Assembly: GCF_009914755.1 (NCBI RefSeq)
Contig: NC_060931.1
Source of the DNA: the human T2T-CHM13v2.0 reference genome, Homo sapiens
Direction: 5' to 3' (one strand)
Length of the DNA stretch: 64,000 bases
A model generated the notes under the pieces. That model saw only the letters and a list, made by a program, of their open reading frames with translations, had not been told where the DNA came from and searched no databases. The translations under genes were made by a program, and so were the position numbers. This document shows positions 40,744 through 55,614 of the stretch, in pieces. Position 1 is the stretch's first letter, and every line of letters begins with the position of its first letter.

Positions 40744-41499
40744 CAGAAAAATCCCAAAGAGTACAGTGTCTCCCACCACAACCTCTCTAATACACTATTT
40801 TTCCATGGGATCAAGTGAGCAAGCCAAACAGATCTGTGCCTTCCACTGCCCACAGAGATAAACTATGGTTTTACAGATAGCGAGGCACAATCCCAGGTGA
40901 TGTTCGAACGTGTGTGCACGTGTATGTACCAACTTTCAGAATCAAACACAACACTTCCCTATCTGCTGAGCATTTGCCTTAGGAGCTGCACCAGCAGAGC
41001 TCTTGGGAAGTCTTCACCAATTCATGCTTCCGGGCCCTGAGTTAGACTCATTGTTCAAATGAAACCTTCTCTGATCAAGCCACTGGTCTAAGATGCCCCT
41101 ACTATATATTAGTGCAGGAACCAGTGCCACCAGAGTCTCACATTTTACAAACTCTGTTATATTTGTCCATTGATGCTGTCTCCTAGCATAAAAATATGAG
41201 CTCCTTGAGGACAAGGATTATATATTGCCCCTCTTTTCTCCAGTTCCAAGCTCAGAGCCTGAAACACAGTAGGTGTATAATAGATGTTTGGAAACACGTG
41301 AATGAATGAATGAATGAATGCTCCATAGCAGAGTATATGAGATGGCAGTGGGTATCATGTACAGCTGAAGTACAAAGTAAATCTTGGTGCTTCAAGTAAA
41401 TCTTTGAGCCAGTCAATTCAAACAGGGACCAACCTAAAAAACTGGTTGTACCCTGTTCTAAACCAGGGTTTATAAATACTTAAAATACTCCATTTTGTC

Positions 41500-41502
41500 C
41501 TT

Positions 41503-41545
<43 letters not shown>

Positions 41546-41548
41546 TTT
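41500..41548. repeat. (TTTA)n microsatellite
   Basis: About 11 tandem ttta units. Confidence 0.95.
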
Positions 41549-41961
41549 GTATTTAAAGGTAAAGCTCTTTTTTAATTTTTATTAGGACATGAGTTCAAAT
41601 GCATCAGAGAAACTACGTCTTTCGTATATGATTTACATGGAGACCAACCGGTCCACCAGCTGGAATATCATAAAAAGCTGTCTTGTGTTAGCAAATTGGA
41701 CTTTGAGAACCACCATCCTATGCAGCAAAGGAAATCAGTATGGACCTGGTTGAACAGAAGAAGCTGAGCCTGAAAATAAAATTGCAGCATGGAAAACAGA
41801 CAACAACAGAAAACAGCCACAATGCAGGAGATGCCAGTTGCTAGAAGTCAGCATGCACTCCTGTATTCAGCCAACGACTATTGATGGAGCACATACCACA
41901 TGATGAGTTCTGGGCTGGGTGCAAAGGATAGATACATTCCAGAGCAAAAAACAGTGTCCCT

Positions 41962-42262
<301 letters not shown>

Positions 42263-42429
42263 CAGTGTCCCTGCTCTCCAGGGGCTGAGGGTCTTCTAGA
42301 GGTCCCTCTAGCTGTCCCACTGGCAAGCTCTGCAGATCCTCCCCTTCCCAGCCTCTATTAGAAACCCAGAACTTCCTACAACACTGTACAACAGGTCATT
42401 TAATCTCAATTGTGCAGGTGGATTGGGAA

Positions 42430-42812
42430 GAGGAAGCTAACTTTTCACAAATAACATGCGCTTCCCTATGCGTGAGGCTGCTGGTATGAAGTCAGTGAGA
42501 GGTGGCCATCAGCGATGGATGACATTTCCCAGCCTCTCCATTTCCACATGGTATCCAGGTGTGACTGTGTGAATAGCAAGGTCATGGTGACATTTCCATG
42601 CCAAAGCAGGGAAGAAATAAGTGTGTTTTCTCTACGGTTTCTTTCACCACCCAGCTGGATAAAGAGGACCCTGAGGCCCTATAGGATGGTGGAGCCTCAA
42701 GATGAAAGATTCGTGCACCCACCAGGAACATCAGACAAGAAAGAAACCTTTACTGTGATAATACTGAAACTGTGGATTTGTGTGTGACAACAGTTAACCT
42801 CACCCTAACTCA
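42430..42812 (+). mobile_element. MaLR LTR relic (MLT1-type)
   Basis: gatggtggagcctcaagatgaaag...aagaaagaaacctttactgtg...ctgtggatttg...accctaactcaca. Confidence 0.5.
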
Positions 42813-45800
42813 CAGGCAGAAACACAGCAAGCTCACTGCATCTCAGAGCTGGGATTCAAACGTAATGCTGGGGGGCTCCAGGCCTCTGTTCTTTGTGGTG
42901 CATCAGGCTCTGGCCCTAGGAAGAGTTCTCTTTAGATGTCAGCAGCCCCCTCCCTTGTTTCCAAAGCCAGATTGCAAGTGGGTAAGCCCAGAGATAGAGG
43001 AGATGGCCAAGCTAACATATACAGGATAGAGAAATCTTCCTGCTCAATGGCCATTTCCAAGTTTGGGGCTCAGGGAGGTAAGTGTGTGTGCAGCTGAGGG
43101 CAGTGAGGGAGTTGGGGAGCAGCAACAGGCCTCATTTCCATTTCATCTAAGAAACTTCAAACACTTATTGATCCATGCAAACAAAATGGACACATGCTAT
43201 TTGTAGATTTCTACTCCAATTTGTAATCCGTGCATTCAACATAGCGTCTTCAGTAAGGTCAGTATTTTTTCATGTCTGTATTTTTTTTACTTTAAACTCT
43301 TGGTTTCTAGAAGTGGGAGCCATGAATTATTTTACAACTTTCCCTGGAGAATTCTATTTACACCCATCTAGGGCCCAATCATGCAGCTCGCTACAGTCTG
43401 GGGCCCATGACAGACAACTGACCCCATGTACTTGGCCACCTCACTGCAGCTCCATTCGTCCCGGCCTTCACTGTCCCCTTGCCCCTTGTTGCTAGCTATC
43501 TCAGAAATGAGTGTCACATTCATCAAAGGAAAGAGCCAGAGGGTAGGGTTGACACAGCAAAACCCATCACTACCACTAGGGGGAAAAGTCAAGTCAAAGC
43601 AACTGTCTTCCCAAGAGAAGGTCACTGCTGGCTTTGGGCAGTCTCAGTGTGGGTGGGGCCTGGTGGGGTCAGCTCAGCCACAACACAGCCTTAGTCCAGA
43701 AAGCAGCAGTCCAGCAGGGGCCATGGGAGCCCTCCTTCCGGTGTGCTTCCCTCTGCCTCTGCTTCTCTTCTGAGAGATGGGAACTGTGAAATTGATGACT
43801 GGTGGGAGGGCTGGAGAAAAGTATAAAAGATGGGGAAGAGGGAGCGATGGAGGGCCAGGCACTGATGTAGAGTCTTGGCGCCACCAGGCAACCAGCCCGG
43901 TCCCAGGGAAATCCAGCACCAAGCTCAGCTACGCGGGGCTCCCTTCATCCTTACTTCCTAGTTTATTAAAAGGGGATGAGGAGAAGTGATTACCATGGAC
44001 AGAGCCTTTGGACCCAGCCTGGAAGAAGCCTCTGCAGGAGGCTGAGCCTGTGAGCCTCTCCATTCAGAGATCATGTCCCAGCCGGACCTCTGAGATGTTT
44101 ATACATGGTTTCCACGCCCTCCTTCCTTTCCCTCCCCCAGGCCTCCTTGTCCTTGGCCTGGAGGGTGTTCCCTCAGGGTACAAAACCACGTCTCCCTGGC
44201 CAAGTCTGCCGTTCCCAGTAGAGTCGAGCAGGAGCTCCAGCCGAGGCCCAGGCAGCCCCATGTGAAACTCTCCATTACCACGTGGAGATCGCCTTGAGAT
44301 TCCAGGCACTGTGCCTTGGGACAGTCACTAGGCAATGGCTTTCTTTACTCCAAGTGTGGCAGCAAGGCTTTAAAAACACAGCACTCTCAATAGGATCCTG
44401 GCTTGGGGAGGATAGAATCCTAAACTTCTTTCCAGCATCTCACTTAAAGAAACAGGCCAGCCAGGAATTTGGAGTCAGATGCCCCAGCTGGAGTTGGTGT
44501 CAAGACCTGCTCTGCAAAATGGCACAGGCTGGCACCTATGTGGCCACTGTCTCCTACCCAGTCCATGAGGAACACTCTATCCAGGGTCTGTCCAGGGGTA
44601 CTGGCTCCTGGTCTTCAAAGGGGACCCAATGGCCTCTGAGTGCACAGAAATGGGGGGACACCATGGGAAGTTGCTAAGCTGTAGCAAAGGGAGACTTGCT
44701 GTCACGTCTGCTGCCCCAAGACCTGAGTGGACCTTGGGAACCACAGAAAAGGGGCTTGGGGGTCACCACAGGCTGGGGATAGTCACCTCTCCAGTAATCC
44801 CTGTCTCGTGCATGTGGCCTGAGGCTTGTCCAGCTGACATTTTCACCAGGAGAGGAGGCTCACTGCATCCCTGCCTGCCACTCTAACCTACACTCCCTGT
44901 AGCCTCTCTAGCTGCTCTGGCCTGGCCCCAGTAGGCAAAGCCACATTCAGTGGTCTTCACCCAAATGAGCTCCTTGCTCTCCTTTCATGGTAAAGGGAAG
45001 AAGTGGGATGTTTTTGGCTCACAGCCAGTCATGCATCAGCCAGTGTCACCCATAAAAGCCTCCTCTCAGAATTGCCATGGCCAAGGATACTATTGGCATC
45101 AGGTCATTCTAACCAGACACGTCCTGCTAAGTGACAGCCTTTCTTTCTTGTTGCCTCAGTTTCCCCATCTGTAAAATGGCGTTTCTGGAAATAGGATGGG
45201 GAAGAGAGATCACCCAGTTTCTTCTTGTGCTAAATCCAGAAGTGAGAGTGAAATGTTGTAGGCTTCACAGAGCACAGGCTATCATTGAGGTTGGGAAGTT
45301 TCCACAAACAGCCTTTGTGGAGGTGCAGGGCAGAGCCACGTGATGTGATGATTACAACACCCAGGGGTGGTGTTCACTGGGTGACAAAAAGCTGGTGCTG
45401 AAGTTTCTCTCCAAAGACTCTTTGCATCTTTGCTTAAGTTGCCTTTTTAGCTGCCTGAATCTAGATTGTGGAGAGCCTCAGGAATGCCTGCCAGGGTTGA
45501 ATTCCACAGTCTGCCCTCAGAGAACTCAGGATACTCATCTGTTAAGTGGATGTAAGTCACACTCTTTGGAGTCTATTTTCTCCCTTAGATAAAAAGGACC
45601 AAGCACATTCTTAACAGCTCAGGTGTTGGTCCATTTCACTGAGCCTGACAAGCAAGTTGATCTTTCTGGGAAAGGCCTTTGCTTCTTCCGGCCTCTGAGG
45701 ACCTGGGTCCGCAGCAGGAGGCCAGCAGGAGGCCTCCAAGCATTGAAACTGCCCCGCCCACCCAAGGGCTTAATTTAGACCCCTCGACAGGTTGACTCTG

Positions 45801-47771
45801 CCAGCATGATCTGACCCATTTCATTTCCTACATGTAGCAAGTAAGAAAAAGAAATGGAAATATTCCCTTCTGCAGACTGGTGTGAAATCTCTAGCTAGAC
45901 TTTTCTAACTGTAAAAACAGTCAGTGGGCCTAGAAATGATAATACATGCAAGGTTTTGGAAAAACCAAGCCGAGAGTCCATACACTCAGATCCTTGGACC
46001 TCAGCATCTGTCCGGCCGCCCCTCCACTCCTAAAAGCCTGACCACCCCCACTAGCCCCTGTCACAGCTGCCCCAACAGCTCAGCCACCCACCTTCTGGCC
46101 CCACAGAGTCTTCACTCGAGGAAGCCCATAATCCCACCAAACATTGGCACTGTGGGGGAGCAGGCTATTTGGGGCTCACTCAGCCAAATGGCAGGGCTTC
46201 TGTTGTCACCAACATCTAGTGGGAGTGCCTCACTCCAGGCCCCTTTTGTCCCTCTACCCCCTCTCTTCTTTCTCAATTCCCCGAAAAATCAGGAAGTGAA
46301 CAGTTGTCTCCCTTGCTGGTCTATATTCATGTAATTAGTGCTATTTAATTCCACGATGAGCCAAAGCTCATAAAATACAAAACATATTTCAGCTGTGTGC
46401 TGAAAATCTTGGCAGAAATCTCCACTGCAGCCGGAAGCTGAACGGAGATATATTTGCTCCTTAAAAAAAAAAAAAAAAAAAAAAAAATTCAGAATGACGG
46501 CAACAAAGTTTTGGGGCCAGGCACTACTACCTGAGAATATGTAAGGGGGTAGCAGAATAGAGGATTTTAGGACATAAAGTTTGGAAATAATCTCTATCAC
46601 CATGACAACACTAAATTTAAGAAATATTTAGTATAGATCAAGTAACAAGTGTAATATATAGTGTACATGCCAGAAGAACATGTCATACATCATAAGGAGG
46701 TTGTTTTGGTCCCACTCATTCCTTACTCCCAAGAATTAACACGTGCTTTAAGGATTTGGGTCCCAGTCTCCGAGTCATCCTGCCTTTCCCATTGGGCACA
46801 CACCTGCAAGTCAAATGGCCAAGAAGATGTGCAGTTTCTGGCAATGATTCCAAATTAACTAACACATCCTCATCTCCCAGCTCTTTTTCCCCTGACCCCT
46901 GGACTGTGATGAAACCTCACCCTATCTCTGTGTTTGTGCCAGCAACACCTGGGCAAGGAACAGGAAGTCTCATCCCCTTCCTCCCCAACTTCACAAAACC
47001 GGGCACAGAAGGGTGAAGCACCGGGGACTCCATCCTCTCAGGTGCCCATGACTGTAAAGTAGATGTGTCCTCAACAAGCCGACCTCTACCTCTGAAATCA
47101 ACACCAGGTCCTAACTTGCCAGGGCTGCTGACATAACAGATTCCCTCCCCTGGCACCCCTATGACTTGGTCATGCCCTCTTCCTTTTTCAGGTGACAGGA
47201 ATACAGAAAGGAGCATGTTGGTAGAGGGCCCAGGGCAGGGCCTGGCAGAGGGGAGATTCATGTTGGATGCTACTGACATCCCCCTTTCAGGACCTGCTCA
47301 GAAGCTGTGTCCATGGGGAAAGAGAGGCCATGAGGTGGACTGGGGTGTGATAAAGGGTCAGATCCACTGCAAGACCCAGGAGGCCTTTCAGTAGACTCAG
47401 CAGCTCTTCTGAATCCACTCTGTGGATCAGTTCCACGGACACAGACACAGCATGCTCCATGCAGAGGGGACAACACCTGCCAGCTCCCACTGCCCTCCTA
47501 CTCTTATGCCACCCAAAACTCCATCATAAACACAACCATCACCACCTCTCATTGGTGGAATGCTTTGCCTTCTCTAAGCTCCTTCATAGGCAATAAGCCA
47601 CTCATGGCTCCAAACATATATGACCACCCCAACCCAACCCATTAGGATTATTGCTGAGGCATGACTTTGGATGTCAGAGAATCTCATTAACTTTCCCAAA
47701 GTCATGCCTTTCCTCTCTCTATGCCTCAGATCTTCAGTTGATCCAATACTTTCCTAATAAACTCCAAAGCT

Positions 47772-48075
47772 GGCTGGGTGTGTTGACTCACACCTGTAAT
47801 CCCAGCACTTTAGGATGCCAAGGCAGGCAGACTGCTGCTTGAGCCCAGGAGTTCGAGATTAGCCTGGGCAATTTGGTGAAGCCCCATTTCTACAAAAAAT
47901 ACAAAAAGTAGCCAGGCATGGTGGCACATACCTGCATTTCCAGCTACTCAGGAGGCTAAGGCAGGAAGATCACTTGTGCCTAGGAGGCAGAGGTTGCAGC
48001 AAGCTGAGATTGTGCCACTGCACTCCAGCCTGGGTGGCAGAGGAAGACTCTGGCTCAAAATAAATAAATAAACAA
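47772..48075 (+). mobile_element. Alu (AluJ-like)
   Basis: Full-length Alu with gcttgagcccaggag. Flanks aaactccaaagc / aaaccccaaagc. Confidence 0.93.
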
Positions 48076-48344
48076 ACCCCAAAGCCACTCACCAGAGTCA
48101 TCACTGGGGATTGTATAGCAAAAGTGGGAAGGGAAATTTGTCTAGAAGGCCCATGATAAATGCACAGATGTTAACTGGGAAGAGAGAAAAGCCTTCTGAC
48201 TTGTTCTGGCCTGTCACCTTGATAGGCCTTGAAAACTTGTGCACAATGGAGCTCAAGGAGGTGGCACCATTGGGCAAGCTCTCGGGGGCCAAGGGCTTGT
48301 CAGAAGAAACTAACCAGCAGGCAGGGAAGATGGCCCATGTCTTC

Positions 48345-49230
48345 ATGCATTCGTTCACCAACACTTATTCAGCTCCCTAGACTCTACACCGGGAACCTAC
48401 ATTCTGGGGGTGCAGCAATGAGTAAGACAACAAGGTTTTTGGTCTCACAGAGTTTACATTTAATAGGGAGGATACACAATAAACAAGAAAAATAACTATT
48501 TTCAGATAGTGTTAAGACCTAAAAGAAAAAAGAAGCAAAGTCATTTGCTACAAGATAACTGTTGCAAGCGTGACCTCAGAGAGACCAACCCTGGCTTCTC
48601 TAGTTGGAATAGCCATGGTTTGTATCTCTGAGGTGACACTTGCAGGGGGACTGAATGGCCAGGGGGAGCCAGCCATGCAAAGATTTGGGAGAGGAGCTTT
48701 CTAGGCCAAAGGAAATGTAAATGCAAAGACACTGAAGCAGACTTGGCAAGGAAAAGGCAGAAGGCCGACGGGCTGGAAGGCCCAGAAGAGCACGGAAGGA
48801 TGGGTGATGGGGTGGGAGAGAAGAGAGACAGCAGATGCCGGAGGGTATATTCCAAATGGCAGGAAAAGCCATGAAAAACTTCTAAGCAAGGGAATGACAT
48901 GGTCAGGGTCTATGGCTAGCAAGCTCAGTCTGGCTGCTGTGTAGAGAATGGTTTTTGGGTGGAAGAGGAGTTCACTGAGGAGTGACAGCAGCCTGACTCA
49001 GGTGACAGTGTCAGAAAGCGAGACTGGTTGCTCCAGCAGGGGTTGCTGGTGATGTGGAAACAAGGGGGGCGGAAGAGAGGGACTTAGTCACACCTCCTTG
49101 ATTTTTGGATTGAGGATCTGGGTGGGTGCTGGTACCATTTAACTGATATGGGGAAATCAGGGCAGGGGAGCAGAGAAGGCAAGAGTTCTTTTTAGGATGT
49201 CAAAGGTGAGGTTGTCTAGAGGGCCCACCT
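48345..49230 (-). mobile_element. L2 LINE 3' region
   Basis: cattcgttcaccaacacttatt...gcagcaatgagtaagac...cagagtttacatt...gagccagccatgcaaagatttggg...ctggctgctgtgtagagaatgg matches reverse L2. Confidence 0.8.
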
Positions 49231-49866
49231 GGCCCAGGTTGATGCTCAAGAGAACAATCAAGGGAGGTGACTCACAGAGAACCACACTGTGTGTTCTGCG
49301 GAAGGCATCTCATGTAAATGCTCCTAGGAGGATGCTAATGTCATCCTTATTCTCTGGAAGACAAGCTGATTCTCAATAACTACAACGAAGTGAGGCTAAG
49401 ATATCAACCTAACCCTGCAAAAAGCCCCATAGAGATGGGGGCCTTGTAACTGTGACGGCCCCTGGGTAGATGCAGAGATTGTACCAAGGGTCCTTGGCTG
49501 GAAGAACGGGATGTCAATGAAAGAATTTTACTTAGGAACCTAGAATTTGATGCTTATTTTTTTGTGAAGGAAGAACTACCACAGCAAAACTTGATTTTAC
49601 CAAAGGGAAATTACTGATGCTTATGCAGTACAGGCTACTTTATAAACTTCACAAATTCCCAACCAAAGTTAATAACATTAAAGGATTGAAAATGGAAAAG
49701 GGGAAACAGCATTGATCATATACTTCTTAGCAAGGAGCCCTCTCTTCTCTCAAGTCATAAAGAGTGCCCTGGGTTCCCCATTATATAAAACAGTGAAGGG
49801 CTAAAGGCCAGCCTGAAGGAAATTAGGCTGAAATCAAAATAACTCACACTAAGAGCAAGACTTTTT

Positions 49867-50150
49867 TTTGTTGTTGTTGAGATGGAGTCTCACTCTGTCA
49901 CCCAGGCTGGAGTGCAGTGGCATGATCTCGGCTCACTACAACCTCTGCCTCCCGGGTTCATGCCATTCTCCTGCCTCAGCCTCCTGAGTAGCTCGGTGCC
50001 CATCACCACGCCCAGCTAATTTTTTATATTTTTAGTAGAGACGGGGTTTCACTGTGTTAGCCAGGATGGTATCGATCTCCTGACCTCGTGATCCACCCGC
50101 CTCGGCCTCCCAAAGTCCTGGGATTACAGGCATGAGCCATTGTGCCTGGC
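49867..50150 (-). mobile_element. Alu (AluY/Sc-like) with a small internal deletion
   Basis: Reverse Alu with gttagccaggatggt. Target-site duplication aagactttttt on both sides. Confidence 0.94.
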
Positions 50151-50189
50151 AAGACTTTTTTCAAAAAAAACATATTAACATGTTTAAAA

Positions 50190-50817
<628 letters not shown>

Positions 50818-53689
50818 AAGATGGTTTTTAATAAAGATCCATTTTGTGGGGGGCACCAGAAACTTCTGGGTTTTAAGTAACTCTGGTTTACAGTTGCCAG
50901 TTCATGGACACAGGTGAGAAAGGGAAGACCTAGAGAAAACTTGTGAACAAATGCCTGTCAAGCCTTTTTGGGTGAAAACATGTCCCTTTCACCAACCTGC
51001 ATCTCCAGACCCACAGGATTATAATAATATAGCACTGAGAAGAACACCAGTCCCTCCCAAGGCTCTGCCCTGAAAGGGTCCCCTATTAAGCAAGTATGAG
51101 CAACACTGCATCACCCTCCTGGGGAGCCATGATGCATGTCAGCTCACTAAAAGTCCTCAGAGGTGGTGCTTTGATAAGCAAACCCATGGAAGGTTTGTGA
51201 AACAGGGTTTCTCAAACTTGTTTGACCAAGGAAGTTTTTCTTGCTTAAACCCTATTATGACCTCTGGGAACACTGTTCCATGGTACACACCTTGGGAAAT
51301 GCTGGCATGTTGGTTTCCATTCCTCAAGGCACTTTCACATCTATTTTCTCACTGAGTCTTTATAAAAACCCTGTCAAGTAAATTGAGAAACTTAGAGCAA
51401 TTTGCTTCACTTATTGAAAAGAAAACCCAAGCTCTCAAGATTTAGTACTGGAAGGAAAATCTCTAGGTGAGGAGAAGCAACGGGTGCGAGTGGTATAGAC
51501 TGCACTCCTTGATATTCCCTTCCCACCAAAGGCTCATGCATGGAACACATTGCATCCTCCATCACCATGGCCCCATGGAGACATAGCAGCCCTCCCGTTA
51601 ATCTCCTGGCAGATGCCTGCACGCCTGTGACAACTGCCTTCTCCTGATCCTCTTAGCACAGATGAGAGAGGTCACAATTTTCTCAGATTATAAGAAATCT
51701 GACAGGAAAACAAATGTAGAGAAAGGAGGAAGGATAAAATGAGTCTATCGGAACAAAGTGTAGGTTTCAGTTTCATCCCCTCCTAGCTCATTCCCAGACT
51801 CAAAGGCCCCGCCAACCCACACACCCAAATTGCTGATTTGACTTCTAAGGTGCCCTGCCTGAATGGTTCACTTCCTTGCTGCCTGTAGTGCATGTACTCC
51901 TGGCGCCCCTGTTGGGGCTGCTGTTTTATTTGGGGATAATGACTCTTCTGTCCTGCCCTATGGGGTAAGGCTATGCTTGTGAGGGTTGGACATGGCTTCT
52001 CAAGAAGGAGGTGAACATTTATGGTGGCAGTCATCCAGGTGGCTCTCAAATAGGTCACTAGGACTGATGGCACACCTTCACAGGTAGGACAGGGCCCTCC
52101 CATCCCTCTTTGGTGCATAGTCTTCATGCCTAAACTTTAAGGGGTCTTGAGGGTCTGGCTAGTGGTCAAAGACAGACCCTGCCCCACGGTGGCACAATGG
52201 GTGTTAAACAGGGCCACTCTACAAGAGACACTGATGAAGCAAAATAAACCATAACTTGGAAACCCCATTGACTTGTTATAGTAACTGTCTCTATTTATTT
52301 CACTTTTATCACCCCCAGGCCCCGGGTTAAATCCTGTTAAATGTCCAGCCTTATGTTAGCCATGCTCTTAGAAGTTAATGGACAGTTGTAAATCCAAACT
52401 TAGGATGTAGATTATTGGGAAGATGCATTCCGTTCTCTGGACCCAATGTGGCCAAAGCTGCAGTTACTGGCAGAAGAAACTGAAATCTTTAGACAAGAGC
52501 TGAGGCTGCAGGACCTCAGCACCTCCTCAAGTAGACGTTCTTCCTCCATTGCCAAGTCTAGAGTCTGAGTTTTATTTTGCTCAGCAAGGTAAGAGTTACC
52601 TTACTGAGAAAATCTTGCCATCCACCTCTCAGGAGCTACTCTCCCAGATACCCAACTGCCTTCAAAACTTGTAGGCATTTTAGGCAGGAATTACCATCCC
52701 CATTGAGCAGATGAGGAAAGTGAAGTTTAAAGAGGCTAAATGCCTTTCTCCACGTCGTAGAGATTTTCCCAGGAAACTACAGTGAGTAAGGGCAGCACAA
52801 TGTGTCACAGTGTGAAACAGACTCAAAAAAAAAAAAAAAAAAAAAGAATTGGAAAGAAATGAAGCAACCTCTAGTGAACGGACTAACAAGATTCAGTCCA
52901 AAGTGAAAAATCAATGACGCAAAGGCTCAGCCTGCAAAAATCGATGAGGCAACGGACCAATAACCTGTATTCCCAGCTGAATTGACACCCGACTGCATTA
53001 CAGTCATATTTGTATTTGCCCAGACCTATTCCCCATGCCACCTGCCAGCATACTGCCCACATGCCAGACTCAACCTCCACGCACGTGCCCACCTGATCCA
53101 ATCTGAAGAGCATCTTCCAACAGCCCTGAGAGGTAACTGATAGAGCCTGCACACAGAGGCACGAGAACAGAGCCCCTGGAACAAGGAGATAAGGTGACCT
53201 TCTGAGAGTTAATTTAGTAACAATCAAGACATCTGCATGGAAGCACCAGATATCTGCAGAAACCACCTTACAAGGGCAAGGTGTCCCCAGGTCTCCACTG
53301 AAAAAGCAGGGAAGTGAAGCCCAATCAGGGTGACAAGGTTTCTTCCCCAGGACAAGAATATAACTTAAGAAGGCTATAATCTAAACAGCTTGAATAAAGA
53401 AGGTATTAACCAACTCGGGATGGTCGGCTCGGAGAACAGAGTAAGCAGCATGAGTGCTTGGTTTTTAATCTCATGCCAGCCAGGGAGGGAGAGTTGTGGT
53501 TGACTCACCAGGAAGGTGAACTCCCAGGAGGCGCAGCAGTTGGACACGAGGCTTCTCCATGGTGCGGACTACATTGTTCTCAAGAACACCCAGCCTCCTA
53601 GTCCCGATCCATGCTCCCCCAAGGAGCAGCCAACCCACCAATGTGTCTTTCTTACTGGAATATTCCCAACTGTATTCAGGAGTTCACCC

Positions 53690-54195
53690 TCCACACATGG
53701 CCGCACCCCAGAAGCAGGCAGCCATGATTGGAATAAGCCAATGATTCCCAGCATCAACCAACAGCTGTGATTGGATTAAGCCAGTCATGCTGGTCTCCTT
53801 CTCCCTGCCAGTGATGAGTTTAGGAACAGCCATGCCACCCAAGCCTGATGAATGGGACTGAATGAGAAGCCTGCCAGGGGCTTCAGGAATATAATTTTTT
53901 TGCTCTTTAAAAGAGACACATGTGAGGGAGCACCTCTCTTCCTTACTTGTCCACCTGTTTACAATGCCTGGAACTGTGGCAGACTTCTTGTGCCCATGAG
54001 AGAGGCACCACTGATGTGCCTGCAATGGCTGAACAGAGAGAAGGGAAGTGCCAGGAGTAGGATGATGCAGGGGAGCTGCTGAATGACCAGTTTTAGAGCC
54101 GCCCAACTTGGGTCTTCTTGTGTGAGGCCACCATTCACTTATGGTTCACACTATTACTGGGTCCTACCAGAAGGCGAAAGCATCTCACTGACTCA
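53690..54195 (+). mobile_element. MaLR LTR relic (MLT1J-like)
   Basis: gattggattaagccagtcatg...gccagtgatgagtttagga...atgcctggaactgtggcag...gagctgctgaatgacc. Confidence 0.6.
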
Positions 54196-54795
54196 CCCAG
54201 TAATCCCTCAGGCTACAGCTGTGCTCGCTGATGATACTTTGCTGCCATGAAGACTATGAAGGGTGTCTAGGACAGCAACAGCCATTCTTTCATTAGCTGG
54301 ATAAGAGCAGACTCCAGCAATGAATAAGATGGCATTTTATCTTAAATATCAATATCCTTGGGACTAGAATGAGTTAGTCCTGAGAATCTGTTCATCTCTG
54401 GGTACACACACCAGCAAAGCCAGCCCCAGTCCATAATAACCCCACCCTGGAAGGCCCTACCTGGCAGCCACTGGCTGCCTCCCATTGCAGGTTGGTGTCA
54501 CCTTGTTTAACAGCAATCAAAGGGAATAACAGAAATAGCAGAAAACACCTGCTACCTTCTCATCCCCACTCTACCTCATATCTCCTCAAATCCTCCCTAC
54601 TCTGCATACTTATTTTCATGTCTTTAGATGAGCTATATCTTTCTTACCCACCTCGTGGCATTTTGGAAAGAATAAAATTAAATCAATATCAAAAATACAA
54701 GGTGTTACAGAAATCATGGAATTTGGGACATGAAGGCTGTGTTGAAAATCTTTTCAACTTACTATGCATTGGATTCACTGGGAAAGTTTTTTTAA

Positions 54796-55187
<392 letters not shown>

Positions 55188-55419
55188 CCCCTAATGGATA
55201 TTCTTATATGCAGCCAGAGTGGATGAGAACCACTGATAGGCAAACCCTGTCACGTGCAGATGAGGAAGCAGTCCCAGGGTTCAAAATCACGCATCTGCTG
55301 GAAAGAAAGCCAGGGCCCTTGGGGTCTGATCTCTTGAGCCCCAGACTGGGTATCTTTTCATCATGCTTCTGTGTCAACTCCAGGGTATTTAGATCATTAT
55401 TATTAATAGACAGAGAGAG

Positions 55420-55590
55420 GAAGCACAGGAGGAAGACTCACCAAGGGCCATGAGGAAACTTCTAGGGATGATGGATATGCTCATTACCTTGATTATAGTG
55501 ATGGCTTCACAGGTCAAAACTTATTCAACTGTCTAAACATGCAGTTTATGGAATATCAATTATATCTCAACAAAACTGTATTTAAAAATA
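55420..55590 (+). mobile_element. Old L1M 3' end fragment
   Basis: catgaggaaacttctagggatgatggatatgctcattaccttgattatagtgatggcttcacagg...tcaattatatctcaacaaaactgt. Confidence 0.65.
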
Positions 55591-55614
55591 GACCCAAAAG
55601 GTAACAAACATAAA

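Noticed and set aside
41422-41458. Short hairpin aacagggaccaacc...ggttgtaccctgtt as a pre-miRNA
   Set aside because: The stem is too short and imperfect. It is more likely chance or a DNA-transposon remnant.
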